This document shows, in pieces, positions 12,438-24,600 of a DNA stretch of 64,000 bases. Each line of letters opens with the position of its first letter. Positions within the stretch are counted from its first letter, which is position 1. The translations under genes and the position numbers were made by a program. Under the pieces are notes generated by a model. That model saw only the letters and a program-made list of their open reading frames with translations. It was not told the DNA's origin and searched no databases. The stretch comes from Mobula hypostoma. Lineage: Eukaryota. The DNA lies in contig NC_086109.1 of assembly GCF_963921235.1 (NCBI RefSeq), positions 34,412,001 to 34,476,000 of the forward strand, in the 5' to 3' direction.

Positions 12438-13138
12438 CTGCCTAAGAAGAAGCTAGTTTTTTTGTAGAAGTGATTCACTACAGCAAATGGTTTAATTTAT
12501 TTCCCTGCACTCCCAACCTTCTGCAATGCCCTTTGCATCAAAATGTCTCAAGAAGGTAGCAAATATAATGAACGACCTTCACCACCCAGGTCATGCCCTT
12601 TTCTCATTACCACCAGCAGGGAAGAGGTAGAGAAGCCTGAAGACTCACACTCATTATTTTAGGAACAGGTTCTTCTGATCGGGCCGTGAATCCATGAACA
12701 CCACCTCACTATTTTGCTTGCTCCTAGTTTTTATATGCCCTTGTAGTTTATAGAAATTTTTATGTGTTGCTCTGTAATGCTGCTGCAAAACAACTGAGTT
12801 TTTTGCTGCAATTCAGATCCACTAATTGCCCGGCAGACACCGGGGAAGCTCCATGGCCTTGTGAGGATTAGGCCTCAAGCCATGGTGTCGCCTGTATACA
12901 TCTCCCCAAGAGAGAGGCATTGGAGTCAGTGCACTCCACTGGAGGTGTTGTGGATTTGCAACCAAGCTGGAGTTGGTGCTGCTCCCCAATGTTAAGATAA
13001 GCTGTATTGTGTTCGACTGCAGACTCCTGTAACATTCATGGACTCAGAGTCTTGGATGATATCTTGTTTCCTGTGTCTGTATTTTACTGATATCTTATGT
13101 GTGCTATAGGCTTCTTCTGCTGGGTGTGACTGTTGGTA

Positions 13139-14698
13139 CAGGTTTCCCCCGCCATCCGAAGGTGGAGCGTTCCTATGAAACTGTTTGTAAGCCGGAATGT
13201 CGTAAAGCGAAGAAGCAATTACCATTTATTTACATGGGAAAAATTTGTGAGCGTTGGCAGACCCAAAAATAACCTACCAAATCATGCCAAATAACACATA
13301 AAACCTAAAGTAACAGTAACATATAGTAAAAGCAGGAATGATATAATAAATACACAGCCTATATAAAGTAGAAATACTTCTCTACAATCATTGCCTGCAC
13401 TGTTCTCTGTAGCGAAAATCTCACGCAAGCGCTCTCGGCAAAAACACTCTCTCCAGTAACTTTTAAGCTATGAAGCTGCCAAATCATACCAAATAATGCA
13501 TAAAAATACACAGCCTATATAAAGTAGAAATAATGTATGTACAGTGTAGTATCACTTACCGGAATTGGGAAGGCAGCATCGAGCACACTAATGATGGTGT
13601 GTTAGGCTGAGTCGTTGGAGGTTGGGGTGGTGCAGTGGACCCCAACCTCCAGGCTGCTGACCGATACCGATCCGTGAAGCATGCAGGGGTACAGTGGTAG
13701 CTGGGACACACCCAGCACAGTTGGCAATCGCCTATGATCTGGGCTGACAATTACGTGCCGGGCGGCACCTAATTAATTAGCTTGTTTATTGTGGCCTTTT
13801 TTCTTAAAGATATGCTGGATGCGTCCCGGCTACCGCTGCATTCTCCGTGAATCAGTATCTGTTTGCGGCCTGGGGGTTGGGGTGGTGGGACACTGAGGTG
13901 TCATCTGTTTCTATCAGGGCAGGCAGGTCATCTTCTTCTTTGTCTGTGGGCCTCGGTGCCGAAGGTCAAGGTTCGTCATCTGCTGTGGTTGATGTGGAAG
14001 ACTTGAAAAATGACAGTATGCTTGACTGCTAGCCTTGCGCAGTTTTCTATCATACAGTTCTTTGTAAGCACTCACACCATCTTGCAAATATGTCCTAAAC
14101 CGACGTACCCTTTCAAAATTAAATTCGTACTTTTCTGCAATAATTGCAGCGAAAATTTCACACAGTTGCTTCATTTTCAGTTTCTGGACGATTTCACTTT
14201 CGGTCCATTTGCTACTGCGTTCGGTTTTGATTATTATCCTTTCCTCTTCCAATTGCATCAGCTCTTCATCTATCAGTTTTTGGTCATAGGATGCCACAAC
14301 CTCTTCAACATCATCTTCGTCAACTTCCACAAGCAAACTCACTTTGTCCTTACTTTGTTCACCACGACCGAAACGCTTAATTATGTCTAGTTTTACGCTA
14401 AGTGTAACACCCTTACAAGCTCTTTTAGGCTTTTCCGATACCTTAGAACTCATCTGGCAAATGGCTGCTCACAGGCACGTGTTAAAGCAATGCCGGTGAG
14501 AATGCCGTTCCGAATCCGGGGGAGGAGCAGCTGCTTGGGGCGCGCGCTGCTTTTTTTTCGCACACTACCTTTTATCACGCGCTGCCTTTTTTCGTAACAG
14601 TGAAAACACCTTCTGTTAGTGAAAACAAGTAACTAATGTAGGTCTTTCGTAACAGTGAGGTTTTGTAAAGTGAACGTTCGGAAAGCGGGGGACACTTG
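13139..14698 (-). mobile_element. Tigger/pogo DNA transposon, internally deleted
   Basis: TA TSDs; ~25-bp TIRs CAGGTTTCCCCCGCCATCCGAAGGT / ACGTTCGGAAAGCGGGGGACACTTG; ORF 13914-14453 joins a CENP-B-type N-terminus (KGVTLSVKLDIIKRF) to the acidic Tigger C-terminus. Confidence 0.9.
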
Positions 14699-14830
14699 TA
14701 TTGTGTTTTGCAACTTGGTCCCAGTGTAATGCTAACAACAGGAATTCTGCAGATGCTGGAAATTCAAGCAACATACATCAAAGTTGCTGGTGAACGCAGC
14801 AGGCCAAGCAGCATCTATAGGAAGAGGCGC

Positions 14831-14866
14831 AGTCGACGTTTCAGGCCGAGACCCTTCGTCAGGACT
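14831..14866 (-). ncRNA. Minimal type I hammerhead ribozyme motif (intact, antisense to ITPR3)
   Basis: reverse complement reads AGTC-CTGACGA-AGGGTCTCGGCCT-GAAA-CG-TC-GACT. Confidence 0.8.
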
Positions 14867-16145
14867 AACTGAAGGAAGAGTGAGTAAGGGATTTGAAAGC
14901 TGGAGGGGGAGGGGGAGATGCAAAATGATAGGAGAAGACAGGAGGGGGAGGGATAGAGCCGAGAGCTGGACAGGTGATAGGCAAAAGGGGATACGAGAGG
15001 ATCATGGGACAGGAGGCCTAGGGAGAAAGACGGGGGGGGGGGTGACCCAGAGGATGGGCAAGAGGTATATTCAGAGGGACAGAGGGAGAAAAAGGAGAGT
15101 GAGAGAAAGAATGTGTGCATAAAAATGAGTAACAGCTGGGGTACGAGGGGGAGGTGGGGCCTAGCGGAAGTTAGAGAAGTCAATGTTCATGCCATCAGGT
15201 TGGAGGCTACCCAGACGGAATATAAGGTGTTGTTCCTCCAACCTGAGTGTGGCTTCATCTTTACAGTAGAGGAGGCCGTGGATAGACATGTCAGAATGGG
15301 AATGGGATGTGGAATTAAAATGTGTGGCCACTGGGAGATCCTGCTTTCTCTGGCGGACAGAGCGTAGATGTTCAGCAAAGTGGTCTCCCAGTCTGCGTCG
15401 GGTCTCACCAATATATAAAAGGCCACATCGGGAGCACCGGACGCAGTATATCACCCCAGTCGACTCACAGGTGAAGTGATGCCTCACCTGGAAGGACTGT
15501 TTGGGGCCCTGAATGGTGGTAAGGGAGGAAGTGTAAGGGCATGTGTAGCACTTGTTCCGCTTACACAGATAAGTGCCAGGAGGGAGATCAGTGGGGAGGG
15601 ATGGGGGGGACGAATGGACAAGGGAGTTGTGTAGGGAGCGATCCCTGCGGAATGCAGAGAGAGGGGGGGAGGGAAAGATGTGCTTAGTGGTGGGATCCCG
15701 TTGGAGGTGGCGGAAGTTACGGAGAATAATATGTTGGACCCGGAGGCTGGTGGGGTGGTAGGTGAGGACCAGGGGAACCCTATTCCTAGTGGGGTGGTGG
15801 GAGGATGGAGTGAGAGCAGATGTGCGTGAAATGGGGGAGATGAGTTTGAGAGCAGAGTTGATAGTGGAGGAAGGGAAGCCTTACTCATTTTTATGCACAC
15901 ATTCTTTCTCTCACTCTCCTTTTTCTCCCTCTGTCCCTCTGAATATACCTCTTGCCCATCCTCTGGGTCACCCCCCCCCCGTCTTTCTCCCTAGGCCTCC
16001 TGTCCCATGATCCTCTCGTATCCCCTTTTGCCTATCACCTGTCCAGCTCTCGGCTCTATCCCTCCCCCTCCTGTCTTCTCCTATCATTTTGCATCTCCCC
16101 CTCCCCCTCCAGCTTTCAAATCCCTTACTCACTCTTCCTTCAGTT

Positions 16146-16181
16146 AGTCCTGACGAAGGGTCTCGGCCTGAAACGTCGACT
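16146..16181 (+). ncRNA. Minimal type I hammerhead ribozyme motif (intact, sense)
   Basis: stem I AGTC/GACT, CUGACGA core, stem II, GAAA, palindromic ACGU, GUC cleavage triplet. Confidence 0.8.
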
Positions 16182-16324
16182 GCGCCTCTTCCTATAGATG
16201 CTGCTTGGCCTGCTGCGTTCACCAGCAACTTTGATGTATGTTCCCAGTGTAATGCTGTTTTATTTGACTGCATTCATGAGAATTCACATATGGTTGAATG
16301 ACAATTTTACTTGAAGTTGAACTA

Positions 16325-16520
16325 CACTCAGTGACCACTTTCCTATGTATACCTGTACACCTTGTCCTTAATGCAAATATCTAATTAGCCAAGCGTGTGG
16401 CAACTCAATGCATAAAAACATGATCAAGACGTTCAGTGAGTGACTGTTCTGTGGGGGAAAATGTCTTGTTAGTGAGAGAGGTCAGGGTAGAATGGCCAAA
16501 TTCCCAAAGAAAAAGGTGCC
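16325..16520 (+). mobile_element. Tc1/mariner terminal fragment
   Basis: TA|CACTCAGTGACCACTTT...TACACC resembles fish Tc1 TIRs. Confidence 0.55.
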
Positions 16521-17739
16521 TAATGAAGTTGTCACTGAGTCTATATCAGTAATAATAAATATGATTCTTTGGGATGTAGGAGCTGTGGGATAGCTGCAAC
16601 TCAAAGAACTACTTCTGCCATTAGACAGGATCGGGCGGGCAGAGACTGGTAAACTGATTACAAATGAGTAGCAGCAAAAGGAAAAGGAAACACCTTGCCC
16701 AAGATGGGGGGATGGGGCCCGGTGGTGGTGGGTTGTTACCACCTGTCAAATACCTGTTCAGTTTGTTAAGTCACAGTTATTTTACTTGCATACTGGGTAT
16801 TAATAGCTGCACTGACCTGTTTATTGCAAAATATCTTTGGCAGCTTATATATTAGTGTGAATTTATTCTCCACTTTTTGCAATACAAACCATTAAATTTT
16901 GCTTCAGGAACAGAACACTGTGAATGGATTTGTAAAAGCAGACTTGCATTCTTATGGTGTCTTGTCAAACTCCAGAATGTCCCAGAGTATTTTGCAGCCG
17001 GTAAAGAACCATTGGCAACAACTGGTGTGATACAGGATTGAATCAGCCATGTAAACAGGGCATTACAGTCCAATTAAGGATAAAAATAATGTTCAGCACA
17101 AGGCAATCACTTTATCTGCATGAAATTTAAAAAACAAATGAAGAACTATTTTTTCTTAAATATCAATTGTTGATGAAATAGTTTACATCTAGCTCAGTCG
17201 GCTTATTAAACAAAAAGTTACAATATATCTCTGATCTTCCAGGATATATCTGTTCCTACAAAGAGATACATTTCTAGGTATCATTGCAGAACTGATATGG
17301 AAATGACTTAGTTGAATCCCAGAGTGGAGTTATTTACTGAATATGAGTTAACCTGTGGCTCTGTAACCAGGGGCTTTATTCTTGTGAGATGCATTGTGGC
17401 CGAATCTGTGGTGGAAACCCAAGACAGCAAACTGTGTAATAATGTAAAAAGTAAGTTTGTTTTGAGGTTCTTTCAATCTTCCTCGAAAGGTGTCTTGGCG
17501 AGCCCTTGAATTGCGTTGGCATAGAAGGCTGTGGGCCAAGTGCCGGAAGAAGGCTGAAGATGGATGGGTGCCCTCAGGTGGGAATGAACATGATGGAATG
17601 AATGGCACATTTCACTGTTATATGACTCCATGATCCCATCACACAAACCCAATGTTTCACACTGCAGTAAGTTGGCATGTGACGTAATGTTTGGTGGAGT
17701 TAATGGTGCCGAGGTAGTCTTGGTCTACAGAGTGATATC

Positions 17740-18500
17740 AATATGTTGGAGTGTTATCCAGATAGATATGAGATGGTTCAATTTGGAACTACTAGTGAGG
17801 ATAGGACATATACCTTAGATGGTAGGGTCCTTGAAAGAATTAAGGAATAGAAGGACCCATGACCCAAGTCCAAATATCCAAGAAAGTTAACAATGCAAGT
17901 GGATAACATGGTTAATAAGGATTTGGGATGCTGGCCTTCATTTGTCATGGCATTGGATGAGTGGGAAGGTCATGCACCAAAATTTTGAAACTTTAGTTGG
18001 AGTATTGTGTGCAGTTCTGGTTACGACACTGAAGGAAGGATGTGAGGGTGCTGGAGAGGACGCAGAGGAGGCTAACCAGGATATTGAATGGAATGGAGCC
18101 TTCCTGTAATAAGAGATTAAAGAGGTTTGTTCTGTTCTTCTCTAGAGCAGGAGGGATGTGCTGCAGTTACTGTATATAAAACTAGTCCCCATATCAGAGA
18201 TGGATAAAACAACTGGACGTAGGTTTCGGGTAAACTATAAGAGATTTAGAGGGGATCTTGGGGGGGGGGGGCGGCACTGTTTCACACAGAGAGTGGTGTG
18301 TGCCTGAAACACACTGCCAGAGTGTGGTGGGAGCAGAAACCCCTACAGAATTTAAGAGGAGTCTGAATGTTCACTTGGATAACCCAGGCATGGAAAGCAA
18401 TCAGCAGAGTGCTAAAATGTGGAATTCATACGGAGGGATGATCATTAGTCAGCGTGGACTTGGTGGGCTGATTATCTTGTTTCCCTGCTCTATGACTCTG
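17740..18500 (+). mobile_element. Decayed CR1-like LINE 3' fragment
   Basis: LEYCVQFW-encoding stretch (TTGGAGTATTGTGTGCAGTTCTGG) at ~17998; homologous to 41570-42230. Confidence 0.75.
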
Positions 18501-18750
18501 AAACCAGCAGTGCACAGCTTCTACAAGCACTGTGTGCTTCAGTTGTCCCAAGTAATAGACGGCCAAAGGCCTTCACACCTAACCAGTTTAGTGGTCGAAG
18601 GACTAATTGATGAGAACAGAAGTAAAACTTTATTCTCCTCTATACCCCATGTAGACAACACATTAAAAATAAATAACACACACTTTAATAGAGAAACTTA
18701 TAATTAATAATGGAAAAATGTTGAAACGTTTCGCAACTCTTAAATGTGTA

Positions 18751-19046
18751 AAACACGGAAAAATACTGGAGGAACTCAGCATGTTTGGCAGCATCTATGG
18801 AGAAGAATGAACATCTGACGTTTCTGGCCAAGACCCTTCATCTGGATTGGGAAGAAAGAGGAGAGAAGCCAGCATAAAAGGATGGGGAGAACCCCCTGGC
18901 TTCTGCCCTCTTTCTTTCCAGACCTGATGAAGGGTCTTGGCTTGAAACATTGACTTGATTAGTCTCTTCCATAGTACTTGCTGCTTCCTCCAGCATATTT
19001 TGCATGTTGTTTCAGATTTCCAGCATCTGCAGTCCTTCTTGTGTTT
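18751..19046. mobile_element. Penelope-like palindromic mini-insertion (older)
   Basis: inverted arms each with a decayed hammerhead; TSD TTAAAT(G/T)TGTA. Confidence 0.8.
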
Positions 19047-21143
19047 TTAAATTTGTAGAATATTGAAGGACAAACCCTGTGATGTACAAGTAATGCATTT
19101 TCATAAGGAATATCACATACGGATAATAAATCCAAAATGCTCTGTCAGGTGAATGCAGCTAACAAGATTTGTACTGTAATTTTGAACAACTTCCGGAGAA
19201 AAGCCAGCGTGATCTTTCTGGACTGTTTTCCCTCTTGACCACTTGGGTGGTGCCTTGATTTTGATTTTGGTTGGGAAGATTGTTACTAGTCCATTGATTA
19301 TATTCATATCATACCAGGTTACACCATCCACGTTTCACTTTTGGATTTTATACGTTATGACTACACTGTACTTATAAAACTAAATTCATTTCTGAATGGC
19401 AATAAATTTTAAAGCTGCTTTTTGTTTAGTAAAATATAGTGTGGATAATTAAGTATGATTTTATTTGAGGACTTCTTGCACTCTCGTGCCAAGGAGCTGT
19501 CATTTCCTTTCTGTTTCCTTCATCACCTATTTCTCCTTGGGAGCAATATGATGTATTCATTAATTAATTACTGACACTTCTGTGTTATTACTCACCAATA
19601 ACATTCCTACAGAAGTAGTAACAGTTCTATCTCATTTTTTTCTTATCACGGTACATGACAGCATGCACCTGTTTGTCAGGAGCTGATTACTGCTGAAGTG
19701 GGAGGTGCAGGAATTTGAAATAACTGCTTGTCAATCACAGTGCAGAATAAAATTGAAATATTGCCTGTTTTAACTCTTTGGTGAGTGTTGAGAGTAATTT
19801 GCTTGCCTTTGCAACAGCAAATTATCCCACACATCCTCCTGTTGCACTGAAATTGTCAGTGACATTTGTAATATGCAAATATCCTAAGCCAGGCATTTGG
19901 TAGAAAAGAAGGGTAATGTGTTTCGGGCAGGAAGAACTTCTGCCCTACTCCTGATCTGTGCTGAAAATATATTTGTGGGAAGTTATATATGTTTAGGTTT
20001 GAACAATATTGAACCAATTTTTTTTTGGGGTTGTACAGCCCATGGCTAAAGTTTCACTATTCTGAAACTCAGCTTGTACAAATAAATGTTACAGTGACTA
20101 CCCATAATTACAATGATTTGATTATTTTAATTCACTCTCTGTGAGGAGTAATATACTGTCACTTTCAAAATTGTATTGAGACATTATGTTGCATCTCATG
20201 ATTACAACACAAGTTTGTGAACTGTAATCTATTAAAGCTCTCTTCTTGAAGTTGAATGAAACAAGTTAGCATTGTTCATAAAATGCATAATTTCTAAATC
20301 CTTCAGAACTCATTAGAGAGTACATTGATAGATCATTTGTCTGCTCACCCACAGTGCATTGCACATCACTTGCTGTTGAAGCCTTTTATTTGAAATAAAA
20401 ATGAGTGGGCGGAGGTTTTAGAAAGACGCCAGTTAAAATTGCTTCAGATTTGCATGCCATCATGAGTGGGGATACAACAGGGCTGTGTTCTCTGTTACTG
20501 TGCTTTGAAATACATGAGGGAATTATTAAATGCTAACTTGCTCTTGCTTTTTTTGCTGCTAAAATCTATTTCTCTGCAAACATGCTTGACATAGGCTCAC
20601 AGTAAATTTATTGTCAATAATCAGGCTATTCAAAAAAGAACTGAGATCTCTGCTCTTCTCTGTGAAGTGAATAAGATGGCATTTTGCTGATCATCCATTA
20701 ACTTTTTCTCAGCTGCCAATTTTGCATTGAAGGTTCCATTATTTCTCACTATTCAGAAGCCAGACACAGTGCACTGTCGGTCTCCGATATTTTACTGCCA
20801 AATTAATGTCATAATATAATTTCACAGCAACATAAAAATGCCGCAAATGAACTCCTGAACAAGGCTGGACAATTTCTTAGGAAGAATAAAGTTGTGTAAG
20901 TTCATCAGTGACCTTAAATAAAGCCCACTACCACCACTCTCAGCACTCCAATCACCTCGTATACAAGCTTAAAAAGCTGCTTCTTTAACTGAGCTTCGTG
21001 CATGATATCAATCAGACTTACCTTTGGGAAAATAGAGTATTTACATTAACTGACTGGGTTCCTGTTAAGTTCATTCCTTGTGATATTTGGCCAAGTTGTA
21101 AATATAACATATTGATACTTTGATATGCCGAAGAATACCTTGA

Positions 21144-21557
21144 TCGTCATGGCTATTCCTCGAGGTCGAGGATGATGGTCTTCGTTCTGAAGAAGTGGCC
21201 CACAGAGTGAAGACGCCTGTGCGTGTATTTGTTTAACGTGTACTTGATGTTGCACTCCAAGAAGCACACAATACTTCACAAATCAACCAACTGATCCCAA
21301 TGGCATGGAAACCACGATGACCGGAGCTGATGGATTTGTTGCAGCCTTCATCCGCCTTCACAGCCATTGAGTTCGAAGTAACTTCATCTGTCTGTTCCAC
21401 CGCTGAGGCCTTAGTTAGATTGTTCTTTGTCAGGGACCTCACCCTTGACCTTCCCGCCATGGGTGACCCTGCCAGGAGCATAGCTCCAGATGGCATTGCT
21501 CTCGGGATCACAGGACCACACAAGCTTCTCCACTGCAACGAGGTGACAATCCACGGA
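21144..21557 (-). mobile_element. Bipartite non-autonomous RTE-derived element
   Basis: minus 5' end CACCTCGTTGCAGTGGAGAAGCTTG...AGGGTCACCCATGGC resembles RTE 5' UTRs; 14-bp TSD GAAGAATA(C/T)CTTGA. Confidence 0.75.
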
Positions 21558-21648
21558 GAAGAATATCTTGAAACCAGCAACAGTAAGGGAGAGGTCTTTT
21601 CTGCTTAATTTGGAACATTCACATTAAAATGTTGCTGTCAGAGGATAG

Positions 21649-24600
21649 TGTCGTGTATTGAAATGGTAAGGTCAATTAATGTAGTTTGACACTTTTCAAG
21701 TACAGTGATGATGTCATCAGTCTGGGACAGAACTACATTTGATGTGAGGGAACATGGAAAGTGAGAGTGAGAAATAAAGGCACGTTCAGAGCATGAAGCA
21801 TCGAGTCCCGATATATGCACTATCTGATTAAGTACTTGGATAGATTGCAAATGCACGACAGTGGCGACAGAGTTACAGGCTTTGCAAGTAAGTTGAACGT
21901 AAGTAATGATCCAACACTTACAATATTTTATGGAGCCAGCTACGCTAGGTCCGAGATGGACATGGTGGCTCAGCTCATTTGAACTTTACGCTGACGGTAA
22001 AGGGCTGATGGTGGACAATAACACAACAGATAAATACAAAACAAAGAAGGAGAGCACTACTTTTGCACCTTGCAGGACCAGATGTGCAGGATATATTCTC
22101 AACACTACCAAGCAAGGGACAGGTCACAGACAACGTTGTTGAATGCTCACTTCGTTTCCCAGGTCAATGCTACGTTAACCTGGCAGCATTTTCATCATCT
22201 TGCCCAAAAACAAGGTGAGACGGTTGAACAGTTCTTTACTCGCTTTCTGCAGGCAGCAAAAAACTGTAATTTTCAAATAGACATAGACAACCAAATCAGG
22301 GATGCCACTGTGGGAAAATGTAACTCAGACTATGTGCGGGGAAAACTACTGGAGAATATGCAGGGCCTAACACTGGCCCGTACACTGGAAATAGTAGAGG
22401 AACCAATGTCAGCCATGTCACTCCAAGCGAGACAGCTAGAGACTGTGTGCCATGTTTCACACTGTGAGGACACAACAGGTGGCAAAAAGAGAAGGGAAAA
22501 GCAAGTCTACTAATACAAATGAAAGGAAATACTACAGATGTGGAAACGCAGATCACCTGGGAAGAGATTCAAAGTGCCCAGCTCATGGACGGACATGCAG
22601 AAAATGCACTGGAGAGAACTACTTTGCAAGAATGTGCCAGACAAAAGGATTGAAGACACAAAAAGTGAACAATGTTGAGGATGAACAGAAGGAATTTGCA
22701 TTTGTTGTTAATGAGACAGTCATCTGAAAAGGTTACTTTTTGTGCAGGTGGTGTAAATCTGTGCATGTTAATACAGTCAGGAGTCAGAAGTAACATACTG
22801 GGTGAAAATGTATGGGGAAAAAAAAGTCAGAGAAGATGAAGTGCCATTCATATATTCCTAAGCAAAAGAGAAAGCTATACCCATGTTCATCCAGCGCATC
22901 ACTGGAGGTTGAGGGGGGGTTTGAATGTGAAATAGGTATTGGAATCTGAACAGACCAGCCAGAGTTCATGGTGATGAAATGCAATGGTGAACCACTCCTT
23001 GGTAGAGAAACAGCGACAAAATTGGGTGTGTTACAGATTGGAGAAAAAGTGACAGCAGTGTCAGATGTGAAAGAGTTACTTAAGCTGCAGTACCCAAAAG
23101 TGTGTGAAGGGGTAGGAAAGCTGAACGCTAAGGAGATCAGTCTGTACATTGATCCAAAGGTACAGCCAGTGGCCCAGCCATTCAGATGCGTAACTTACAA
23201 TTTAAGGGAGGCTGTTGGGGAAAAAAACTGAACAGCTAATGAAAATGGACATTATTGAGAAAGCTGAAGGCCCAGCTCCTTGGGTTAACCAAGTAGTAAC
23301 TTCACCAAAACTCAACAAGGATGTCAGAATGTACCTAGACATGAGAAGGGCAAATGAAGCAATTGGGAGGGAATGATATCCCATTCCTATTGTAGATGAG
23401 ATACTACAGCGTATGAATGGAGCTGCGGTGTTTAGCAAGCTAGACTTGAAATGGGGCTATCACCAGCTTAGAACTAACTCCCAAATCTAGGGGGATAACC
23501 ACATTTGCTGTGCATAATGGGGTGTATAGGTACAAGAGACCATTCTTTGGTGTGTCATCAGCCAGTGAGCAATTCAGCATGAGATAGCAAATGCTTTAGC
23601 TGGAATTGAAGGAGCTGAGAACATCTCAGATGATATGATTGTGCATGCGCTTAACCGAAAACTGCGTGATGAGAGACTGCATGCTGTTTTAAAGAGACTC
23701 AGAGTGTGGACTGACACTAAACCTGGAGAAATGTCAGTTCAACATGGACAGACTAGTTTTGATGGCAGTTCTCTTGTCACAGAAAGGCATCGGACCAACT
23801 GAGGAAAGAGTGAGAGCAGTACTGGAGGCTTGTGAATCACAAAACGCCACAGAAGTGAGGAGTTCAATAGGTCTTGTTGGCTACAGCCGCAGATTCATAC
23901 CACAGTTTGCAACTCCGTCAGAACCACTAAAACAATTGACCAGGAAGGACACCCCAGTTCAAGTTCAGAGAAGAACAGAGCCGTGCATTCAAAACCCTAA
24001 AATAGGAGCTAGCGAGAGCAGGTTCATTGGCCTACTTTGATAAAGATGCGCCAACTAAAGTTATAGCAGATGCCACCTCAGTCGGACTGGGGGCAGTCCT
24101 CATACAGAAACAAAATGAAGAAATGGTACTTGTCTGCTATGTGAGCCACGAGCCATAGTCCCACAGACCATGAACAAAAATACTCACAAACAGAGCAAGA
24201 AGGATTCACACTAGTATGGGCATGTGAAAGATTTCATCCTTATTTGCATGGGAGAAAATTTGACCTGATCACAGATCACAAGCCTTTGGAGATGATTTAT
24301 AGCACAACCATGCGCACGTGTTGAGCGGCGGCTCTTGAGATTGCAACCATACGCCTACGGGGTCATCCTCATGCCAGGAAAACAGAACATTATAGACCTA
24401 CTGTTGAGGCTTCCGGGAGAGATTGCTCAAAAAGAAACACAAAAGTGATTCGGAGGAGTATGTCAGGTTCATAGCTGTGAGTTCTACGCCTGAAGCCCTG
24501 ACAACACGAGAAGCGGAGAATGCGTCAGCCACAGATCCAGAGCATCAGGAGGTGCGTTAAGCCACCGTGAATAGACACTTTGAGAACTGTAAGGCATATG

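Larger units (their letters stand above)
14734..16242 (-). mobile_element. Penelope-like element (Neptune-type), very young, 5'-truncated with inverted pseudo-LTR
   Basis: stop-free minus frame 15161-15880 (240 codons) with CKRNKCYTC linker and VIYCVRCSRCGLLYIGET GIY-YIG domain; 362-bp inverted arms; perfect TSD CCCAGTGTAATGCT. Confidence 0.95.

Noticed and set aside
14732..16301. Mirror-image short ORFs (e.g. MHLPLPLQLSNPLL...) as duplicated genes
   Set aside because: They are translations of the inverted non-coding arms.
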